A stretch of DNA of 64,000 nt, taken from IMG/VR virus record IMGVR_UViG_3300037808_002146; one strand, written 5' to 3'. Under the pieces are notes generated by a model that was given only the letters and a program-made list of their open reading frames with translations, searched no databases and had not been told where the DNA came from. This document shows positions 57,801 through 64,000 of the stretch, one piece after another; position 1 is the first letter of the stretch, and each line of letters opens with the position of its first letter. Both the position numbers and the translations under genes were made by a program. The stretch comes from a virus (Duplodnaviria; Caudoviricetes).

Positions 57801-58037
57801 ATTGATGATACTTGGGTTTTCTGTAACTATTTTATCTTGCGGACGAGACATAGCTTCAAAAAACAAAGCTCCATCTTTCGAGTCAATAACACCAAGTTCT
57901 TTTTGGTCGTAACCAGTTAAACTGTCTGAAAATGATATGAAACGAGTGCGGATCTCTCCGCTAGCGAGTTGGCGACGCCCTTCTTTAGTCAGAAAAGTAT
58001 CGAAGAATCGTGTTTTTGGATCTAAAATTGCAGCCAT
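54855..58037 (-). CDS. Baseplate-region structural protein with a central LamG-like domain
   Basis: N-terminal DTFLTKEGRRQLASG (like the 252 aa protein); VSVWFN, KWHRISVVY, VVDG and LGYIQE LamG-like motifs. Confidence 0.6.
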   Translation of the reverse strand: MAAILDPKTRFFDTFLTKEGRRQLASGEIRTRFISFSDSLTGYDQKELGVIDSKDGALFFEAMSRPQDKIVTENPSIINMMELRNPEAQPSFLAEGDDDDGPMTESAMFGRELLVPPDGRQIQVVTGSGIDKKIIDYDLRSSFHISGSKSQELFYNNKTNGFRGWWIFDESANQLSEFNNPSFLNFERTTGTSRTVVSTNGLTGGALTSSTTTITFNSNIDFNASVGDTVGFKAANGKRIAFTVQTAVATGNTPNLSVIYSPSFSLRADQAAADDSDAENENNSDLALQIADIDSIHFLSANIAQNLSSSSPLATNAAYMTYDSASSKNVIDPTPIFEEFALPRISDLNKSYKTKANSFIRVNLKEKHYNSERWDTDWGNSNVIDILDKYINQVSVWFNLKEEAFSGSVPTQTIMQFFQGGKKRLEVITVGPVLRVLVYNSIDDGITTHEVTNEIDPEKWHRISVVYGSKLGAVDTTSFLHAVVDGDKRKSVRLNITGNNRINNMTDLVLGVSLSSLNSQPNESRRMLGYIQECQYFILPSPSSPLSNYARPRFLVPAFGNELLNTEYDTFSNFADNDIFNVTGRNTTDNGSDEVNLIIDHYVRYNSPPEGKNEFVVLSGSRIDSRESLREWINYNPIRDEACLYFAALSDSYVKEQQLERGVSRSTVSTAANRAKSAMSGSLRAYRQLNLLQHLDLETNSGDPSSLLEASRYKVDNIDNAEKSQIPLGQTGFFKTRVEGFPLVEAVYGQSPHNYISAEAVQISSTRGPASGDFLKKAATVYHLNEIMDNELDGDELTHSSSRLPNYFFLPPIAADYFSFNHDGEPDTLEDVMAWTDFLRRRSRNTEQNVEKINEGLLQETRINAAASLERYTSLMESWYKSLIPKRTIESMVGNLGIGGSDETLHDSNAGLINYLTRDTNSVLTNDIEWQLDGFSEIIEFTATSESNASFIQMFEVAKEDGKVTFEKLAILDLGVINTSINLNYAYETSVEITGNSSREQIFGGKIRHDPLNSNFGEKENNLSHVFAFGKIIDDASDATPGAKIYFFPIFTLECLIEGD

Positions 58038-58102
58038 ACACTTAATTATACCCCTTCAGAATTCTATAAGCATAATTGATGATAGTATATTTTAAAATTT
58101 TA

Positions 58103-58558
58103 TCAATTTTCTTCATTTCTAATTGATTTTAACTTTTCGGGTCGTTCACCAATTCTTCTAACTTGCTGCGATTTATTATTTTCGTTGTCAAAATTAAAAT
58201 CGTTTTCGTTGTGTTGGGATACTTCGTTTTCAGTCTTGATAATTTCTTCTATTTCGATAAATTTGGTATAGTAATCCTTCAAGGAATTTACCCTACTTTT
58301 TTGTTCTCGTCGAGAAATATTTACTTCGTTAATAGCAGCATCGAGTATGCTTGCTGAACTTCTGAGGAGAGAAATAGTATTAGTTAGAAGAACCTGAGTA
58401 TCTGTTATTTGAGCTATTTCATTCATTTTTTCCTGCATCTTAGAAGTATATATAAGCGAAACTCTCTTTCCATTGATGTCAGATGCTAGCATTTCATCAT
58501 TTTTTTTCATTTCTTCTTTAAGCTGATTTTCTAGTGTTACCTTAAATCTTGAATCCAT
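58103..58558 (-). CDS. Hypothetical coiled-coil protein (151 aa)
   Basis: ORF track; GGGGA RBS-like sequence upstream. Confidence 0.7.
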   Translation of the reverse strand: MDSRFKVTLENQLKEEMKKNDEMLASDINGKRVSLIYTSKMQEKMNEIAQITDTQVLLTNTISLLRSSASILDAAINEVNISRREQKSRVNSLKDYYTKFIEIEEIIKTENEVSQHNENDFNFDNENNKSQQVRRIGERPEKLKSIRNEEN

Positions 58559-58614
58559 ATCTCAATCCCCCAAACATGCTTGATCATTTTAAAGCTTTTT
58601 TTCTTCCAGTTAAT

Positions 58615-58643
58615 AAAAAAAAAGGGAGGCCGAAGCCTCCCCT
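58615..58643 (-). terminator. Intrinsic terminator after the 1187 aa fibre-like gene
   Basis: GGGAGGC-TTCG-GCCTCCC (UUCG tetraloop) followed by a T run on the minus strand. Confidence 0.9.
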
Positions 58644-58679
58644 TAAAATTATGACTCATCCTAAGTCAAAGATTTTTAA

Positions 58680-61600
58680 TTATGCGTAAACAATTACCTG
58701 GATTACATCGTCTGCAACAAGATCACCCGAAGATGTCCATGTTAGCTGACGGTCGGTGCTTGTTAAGTTAACGTCTGTATTTGATGCGCCAGAAGCACCA
58801 AGAAGTTGAAGTTGACCATTTAAGTAAACAAGCGTTTTTGCAATTGTGCCGCTACTACCACCAAAGTCTGTAGCTGATGATCCCGAAGGACTATGATCAC
58901 CACCAACCATAGTAAAACTCTGGCTGGAGTTCGAAATATCGCTCGAAGTCAACGTATGACGATAAATAGTCGGAGCAAGCGTTGCCCAAGTAGCTTTTGA
59001 ACCGTTCCACTGAAGGAAAAATCCGGAAGTAGCTGTTGAATCGCCAATTTGCGTAACGTGACCAGAACTATTACCCTTTAGAAGAGTAGTCGTTCCAAAC
59101 GTGGTACCGATACCGAGTTCAAAGTCGTCTTCAGAATCATCAAGACCCAATCGGACATCCATTGCATTACCATCAAACACGAGCATTGTATCTTCAGCAC
59201 CAGCATCACCAATGACGAGTTTTGGATTAGTACCAGCGATAACAACACCAGCGGCTGGCTGATGAATTCTCAACTGATCAGTTCCATCTTCATCATATTC
59301 AATCTTGGCATCATCACCTGAACCGAAGAATAGCGCCAAATCGTCAACGATATGAAGACCCGTTGCCTTTACAGCAACCGAATCAACACCACCAGCTTCA
59401 AACGTAATTACGTCATCAGCGGAAGCGCGGATTGAAGTATCATCATCGGCATCTAGGTCAATGCGGCCAGTTCCACCCATACTGATGCTACCCTGACCGT
59501 TAAGGTCAATAGCATCAACATATAGGTTTGCCCAAGCGACAGCTGATGCTGCTGCTGTTATTGAACCACCAGCTTTAGCATCGGAAGGTGTTCCAGAGAA
59601 CGTGCTTGCAGTACTTACATCATTTCTTGGATCACCAACAAAGCCCCAAGGGGTGCTTGAGGAAGGTCCCACTACAGATACGAATACTGCAGATCCACCG
59701 CTTAAGGTAAATGATACGGTTTGACCGGCAGATACTGAAACTCCTGATAGTGCACCAGACCCAGAAAACCCAGAGCTAGTATAAGAACTTATACTTGATA
59801 CTGAGCCTATAGACGTAGAGTGACCACTAACATTAGGCATTGCGCAAATCGACATTGACGACCCAATGGAATAGTCAGACGTGACGACAAAGTAGAACGA
59901 ACTGCTGCTGCCGTTAAGCGATAAGATAGTTCCTGCGGATATAGTACTACCACTGTACGAATTTGAAATAGTCAGTGTACCATTATAGGTACTAGAAAAA
60001 GAACTAAGACTGACCGATGAACCTATAGCTGTAGCTAAGCCAGAAGGAGCTGAGCCGGCTGAAGGAGCTGACAAACTCGATCCGAAAAGAACTGCATGAT
60101 TGCCGGAAGCACTCATGGTAATCGACTGTGATGAAGTAAGGCCACTCGTAGATAAGGTCTGAGACCCGGCGCTATGCGAAGCATCAGATGCTGGAGATCC
60201 TAAGGAATCGTCGCTATCTGAACCTGGTAAAACATTGTTGCCAGCTGGATCAAGGATGATATCTCCTAGAGCTGCCAACTCAACGCTTGTAGTACCTGCC
60301 ATGGTAAATCTAGCAGATTCTGTGCCACCATCACTTAAGATAATGTCAGCGCCATCAGCATCAAGCGTAATGTCACCTTCGGAATCTAATGAAAGCGCAC
60401 CTGCAGCAATAGTTATTGTACCACCGTTGTTTGCACTAATGCCGTCAGCGTCATCACCAAATTTCAAGCCAACGTTCACTGGAATGTTGATGTTGGTTGT
60501 AGCTGTCAAGTCAATATCAGCGCCAGAAGCTAACGTTAAGTCAGTCCCGTTGCTAGTAATGTGCTCGCCTGAGCCAGCTGAACCAAATTCAAGCTTTTGA
60601 GAAGTGCCGTCGATAACAACATCTCCGCCTGCATCAAGAATGATATCCGAAGAGCCGCCAGCAACAACTTCAACAGCTGCATTACCAGTTACAGTAAAGA
60701 CAGACCCATTCATTGCGACATGGTTGTTAGCACTATCAAATTCAACTTTGCTTAATAGCAAGTCATCATAAGAAGATACTGAACCAAACGAAGATGAAGT
60801 TGGGCCGGTTACTGAAACTCCTAATTGATAACGGGTACCGTTATAAAACAAGCCAGACTGTGCTGCAGTGTCTGCGCCACGAGTAAAGAGGATACCTCTA
60901 TCACCGGTTAAGCTATAGCCACCGTCAGAACCAGAAACGCCAAGAGCGATAATTGAATCTTGGATCGACATATTTGCAGTATCAATTGTTGTAGTCGTGC
61001 CGTTTACATCTAAATTACCAGCGATAGTAACGTTAGAATCAAATGTAGCAGCTTCATCAACATTAAGTGTACCCTGAACGGTAGTCATTACACCTGACTT
61101 CGAAAGAGCGAGTGAAGTCCCAGCGGATGAACCAATAGAGATAGCGGCAGAAGCATCAATAGCAACAGCACCACCGTCGGCGTCGATGTCGAATGAGGCT
61201 GCTCCCATCGTTGCAGCTCCAACAGCATCCAGAACCAATGTTCCAGCAGAGTCTAACTCGATTGCTAACGCGTTGACGTCAACTTTCGTTGATTCATCAG
61301 CGCCTATAGTAATGGTCTTTGCTACAGCCTCAGTACCAAGATTAACCGCATCAGTACCGTCAGAGTCCAAGGTCAGACCACCAGCACCATCTATCACTAG
61401 TGCACCTGCAGATGTCGACCAAGTGGCCGCGGCCGCAGATGTTAATGTAAGAGCACCAGCAGAAGTACTGAAGTTTGAAGCAGCATCTGAATCAATTGAA
61501 ACGCCAGTTGCATCTAAAGTATATGCACCCTGAACATCAACGTCCATAATACCAGCGTCAACATTCAGAATAGAACCAGCATCTTGGTTTGCGCTAATCA

Positions 61601-62243
61601 CAATTGCATCACCCGCTACGTGAGCAGAAGTTAATGAAATGTGCGAAGCTGCACCACTAGTGTCAACAGTAACAGCACCAGAAGCATCTAGGTCGAAAGC
61701 AGCTGAATCAACATCGAAAGCGACGTCAGCAGCAGTACCGATACTGATGCTAGTAGCTGAATCAAGAGTTAATGCGCCCGATGCGTCAAGATCGAAAGTG
61801 GAAGAGTTAAAATCAACAGCAACATTAGCTGCTGTACCAATGTTGATACCACCAGCACCGTCAAGTGATAGTGTACTATCTGCGTCAACATCTAGGGCTA
61901 AGCCCTTTACGGTGATGTTTGCGTTAGAAGCAGAAACTGTCAGGGCTGCCTGCGAAATTAAGTTATTAGCGTGGACTTGTCCCCACTCTTTTGTGGTAGA
62001 TCCAAGGTTTGCTCCAGCATCAGAAACAGGCGTAATCGTTTGGCTAAATTCGCCCGCTGGGTTTTCGGAAAATGTAGCATCGCCGTGGATTCTTTTGATA
62101 GCGGATGCCATGTGACTCAAAACCGTGCTTAAATCACCAGCGCCAATATCAGCGCCAGCAGCTAGAGTGGTAGCATCATTGATCTGGCCAGATGAAGTAC
62201 CGAGAGATCCGGTTAATTGAGATAGTCTTATTTGTGTAGCCAT
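58680..62243 (-). CDS. Tail-fibre / adhesin-like repeat protein (1187 aa)
   Basis: Ala/Gly/Ser/Asp-rich short beta repeats (LDASGALTLDS, IGTAADVAFDVDS); two P..D...LGS...W motifs; C-terminal VYLNGQL domain; AAAGGAG RBS and own terminator. Confidence 0.65.
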   Translation of the reverse strand: MATQIRLSQLTGSLGTSSGQINDATTLAAGADIGAGDLSTVLSHMASAIKRIHGDATFSENPAGEFSQTITPVSDAGANLGSTTKEWGQVHANNLISQAALTVSASNANITVKGLALDVDADSTLSLDGAGGINIGTAANVAVDFNSSTFDLDASGALTLDSATSISIGTAADVAFDVDSAAFDLDASGAVTVDTSGAASHISLTSAHVAGDAIVISANQDAGSILNVDAGIMDVDVQGAYTLDATGVSIDSDAASNFSTSAGALTLTSAAAATWSTSAGALVIDGAGGLTLDSDGTDAVNLGTEAVAKTITIGADESTKVDVNALAIELDSAGTLVLDAVGAATMGAASFDIDADGGAVAIDASAAISIGSSAGTSLALSKSGVMTTVQGTLNVDEAATFDSNVTIAGNLDVNGTTTTIDTANMSIQDSIIALGVSGSDGGYSLTGDRGILFTRGADTAAQSGLFYNGTRYQLGVSVTGPTSSSFGSVSSYDDLLLSKVEFDSANNHVAMNGSVFTVTGNAAVEVVAGGSSDIILDAGGDVVIDGTSQKLEFGSAGSGEHITSNGTDLTLASGADIDLTATTNINIPVNVGLKFGDDADGISANNGGTITIAAGALSLDSEGDITLDADGADIILSDGGTESARFTMAGTTSVELAALGDIILDPAGNNVLPGSDSDDSLGSPASDASHSAGSQTLSTSGLTSSQSITMSASGNHAVLFGSSLSAPSAGSAPSGLATAIGSSVSLSSFSSTYNGTLTISNSYSGSTISAGTILSLNGSSSSFYFVVTSDYSIGSSMSICAMPNVSGHSTSIGSVSSISSYTSSGFSGSGALSGVSVSAGQTVSFTLSGGSAVFVSVVGPSSSTPWGFVGDPRNDVSTASTFSGTPSDAKAGGSITAAASAVAWANLYVDAIDLNGQGSISMGGTGRIDLDADDDTSIRASADDVITFEAGGVDSVAVKATGLHIVDDLALFFGSGDDAKIEYDEDGTDQLRIHQPAAGVVIAGTNPKLVIGDAGAEDTMLVFDGNAMDVRLGLDDSEDDFELGIGTTFGTTTLLKGNSSGHVTQIGDSTATSGFFLQWNGSKATWATLAPTIYRHTLTSSDISNSSQSFTMVGGDHSPSGSSATDFGGSSGTIAKTLVYLNGQLQLLGASGASNTDVNLTSTDRQLTWTSSGDLVADDVIQVIVYA

Positions 62244-62423
62244 TATTTTCTCCTTTAGAATTTTTAAGGCCAGCTAGGAAATTCATACTATATTGCCTAG
62301 CTTTTGACTAAAGTAAAGTGACTCTAATGAAATGTAATGAAATTAAAAGAAAAACAGAAGGAAAGGAACTTTTATAAATATAACGAAAAAAACTTTTTAA
62401 CCAACAAAAATAAACTAATTAAA

Positions 62424-62636
62424 CTAGTACATCAACTTTTTTAAATTTTTCAAATGAGTATCAAAAACGCAGTATTGTGATGAAATGTACTCAACAGCAA
62501 ACGATTGTGCTTCGCCTTTGGGATTTTCGAAATCAAACTTAAATCTACCGCTAGCTTCTCTCGTCGCAGATAAAAGCTTTAGGCCCTTTAGCATTAAATA
62601 AGCGGCTATTGCAATATCTGATGTTGTATAATTCAT
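62424..62636 (-). CDS. Small hypothetical protein (DUF5659-like)
   Basis: YTTSDIAIAAYL...G...FKFDF...LKNLKKL pattern; GAGG upstream. Confidence 0.55.
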   Translation of the reverse strand: MNYTTSDIAIAAYLMLKGLKLLSATREASGRFKFDFENPKGEAQSFAVEYISSQYCVFDTHLKNLKKLMY

Positions 62637-62673
62637 ATTTAGTTAAACCCTACCTCTATTCTAAGAATAAGTA

Positions 62674-63999
62674 TTACATTACGCTTATTATTACATTGTC
62701 GTCGGCCAAAAGATCGAAAGTAAAAACGACGTTATTAGTTGGTTGTATAATATAATCATTGTTAGAGCCACTAGTAAGTAAAACTCCGTTAACAAAAACA
62801 TCTATTCTTTCCGGGTTATAGCCAACATTTAAAAAATTATAACCTGAAGCTAGCGGACTTCCAGTAGACAGCGCAGAAGATATTGGAAGCATAATTTTTT
62901 TTCTTTTTATATCTAGATCAATAAAGCCAGCGGAGCCGGTTGTTAAAGTTAAAAATTCAGAGGTTCTCAAAACTCTCTCATTAGATAGAATATCATGAGC
63001 TTCGAAAGTTAAAAATGGTGCGTCTGCGGGCGCACCACCTCCAGATATAACTACATCCAATAAATCATCGTCTTGCACTGCAAAGGAAAACTTTAAAGAG
63101 CTAGGACCAGTTAGGTAGTAATCAGCTTGGGAGCTGGAAACTTCGCTAGCCGATCCTGAGTGTAGAAGCATACCATTTAAAAAAACATCTATAGATTTAG
63201 GATCGTAATCTACAGTTGATAAGTCACTACTAGAAACTGATACGTCCGTCATCCTATTGGCTGGACTCAACTCATATATGTCTTTATCCCTACCATTTCC
63301 GCTGCCCGTACCTCCGGAACTTCCAACTAACGTTTTTAATTGAGTTAGCGTAATTTTTTTCGGATTGTTGCTATCGCTAGCGTCAGAGATAGCAATAGAA
63401 TCTCCTAAATTTCCAGAGTTAGAATCCGCTGATAGGTTGTTTATATCTAAATTCAATGTTGCAGAACCTGAGTTAGCTCCGCCACCCATACCGGTGCCCG
63501 CTACAACAGCTGTAATGTCTCCGCTACCACCTCCAGAAGATTCACTTAAATAATCTCCTACGTATAGGAAACATTCAACATACGTTGGATTTTGGGAATG
63601 ATTCCCGGTACCAGGTGGGTCTTGTTGGAAAAATATACCATTAAAATAATCTAAATTCCAATCGCGAGCATCGGCTACAGGAATGACTGTACCTGAGCCG
63701 AATGTGCCATAATAAGGCTTAGCTTCGTAGCTTGGCGAAAACGAAGTTGGTATTAATTGTAAAGAACCAGAAGTTATGTTGATTGATTGGTTATTTAAAT
63801 AGGGATAAGTACCTTTTTTAGAGTTACTCGAAGAACTTTCATAGTCAGAAGGGAGTTTAATTTCAAATGCGTGACGGCCTGATGCAGTGTCTGTACCATT
63901 TATAAATGTAACTGGCAATCTCAAGAACTCAACGTTACCAGTTTTTGTGTATGGGCTCGAGCTAACCGGAGATGAGGTAATATCACTCGCAAATATAGT
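62674..63999 (-). CDS. Virion structural protein, 5' end outside the window
   Basis: The frame stays open from the track start (63924) to the window edge (TIFASDITSSPVSSSPYTKTGNVEFLRLPV); two C-terminal copies of a DVF(L/V)NG.LL.SG...DY domain. Confidence 0.75.
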   Translation of the reverse strand, partial: TIFASDITSSPVSSSPYTKTGNVEFLRLPVTFINGTDTASGRHAFEIKLPSDYESSSSNSKKGTYPYLNNQSINITSGSLQLIPTSFSPSYEAKPYYGTFGSGTVIPVADARDWNLDYFNGIFFQQDPPGTGNHSQNPTYVECFLYVGDYLSESSGGGSGDITAVVAGTGMGGGANSGSATLNLDINNLSADSNSGNLGDSIAISDASDSNNPKKITLTQLKTLVGSSGGTGSGNGRDKDIYELSPANRMTDVSVSSSDLSTVDYDPKSIDVFLNGMLLHSGSASEVSSSQADYYLTGPSSLKFSFAVQDDDLLDVVISGGGAPADAPFLTFEAHDILSNERVLRTSEFLTLTTGSAGFIDLDIKRKKIMLPISSALSTGSPLASGYNFLNVGYNPERIDVFVNGVLLTSGSNNDYIIQPTNNVVFTFDLLADDNVIISVM

Positions 64000-64000
64000 T

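Noticed and set aside
62244-62423. tRNA or other known RNA gene in the larger intergenic gaps (also 5377-5520)
   Set aside because: No cloverleaf, T-loop GTTCRA or acceptor-stem pattern was found.
4286-63553. All other plus-strand ORFs and the short alternative-frame minus ORFs inside long genes (e.g. 8565..8759, 19778..20299, 48118..48327)
   Set aside because: Nearly all lie within or largely overlap well-supported genes on the opposite strand or in another frame, and none shows a recognisable domain or RBS.
1-64000. Stop-codon reassignment, as seen in some large phages
   Set aside because: Long genes are intact in the standard code and end in TAA, TAG or TGA; coding density is already near complete.
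58680-64000. Diversity-generating retroelement targeting the fibre genes
   Set aside because: No reverse transcriptase and no near-identical template/variable repeat pair is visible in this window; one could lie outside it.
1-64000. Apparent abundance of CTAG/TCTAGA sites
   Set aside because: An impression only; it may follow from CTA and AGA codon use and needs a Markov-corrected k-mer count.

Overview
This window is the virion-morphogenesis region of a large, AT-rich, contractile-tailed (myovirus, jumbo-type) bacteriophage with distantly T4-like modules. Every credible gene is on the minus strand, in the standard genetic code, mostly with AGGAG/GGAGG ribosome-binding sites. In transcription order (right to left) it holds: fibre-like proteins; several very large uncharacterised baseplate-region proteins (up to 2641 aa); a RuvC-like resolvase, a primase and a single-chain Mre11-Rad50 (SbcD-SbcC) fusion; terminase, portal, prohead protease, core/scaffold proteins and major capsid protein; a P-loop kinase carrying a scaffold-like C-terminal motif; neck and tail-completion proteins; two giant tandem sheath paralogues and one tube; a gp26/gp51-like chaperone pair; and a tape measure protein that runs off the left edge. 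Best leads: (1) a likely programmed +1/-2 recoding site (8-bp hairpin followed by T7) joining the two chaperone ORFs; (2) a pseudoknot-capable leader RNA before a putative capsid decoration gene; (3) a possibly head-packaged zeta-like kinase; (4) the dual sheath, whose repeated insert module also appears nested within itself in a baseplate-region protein; (5) an RBS-sequestering hairpin with a promoter-like motif in its loop. No tRNA, rRNA, CRISPR array, intein, transposase or reverse transcriptase was recognised. All family assignments come from motif recognition by eye, not from database searches.
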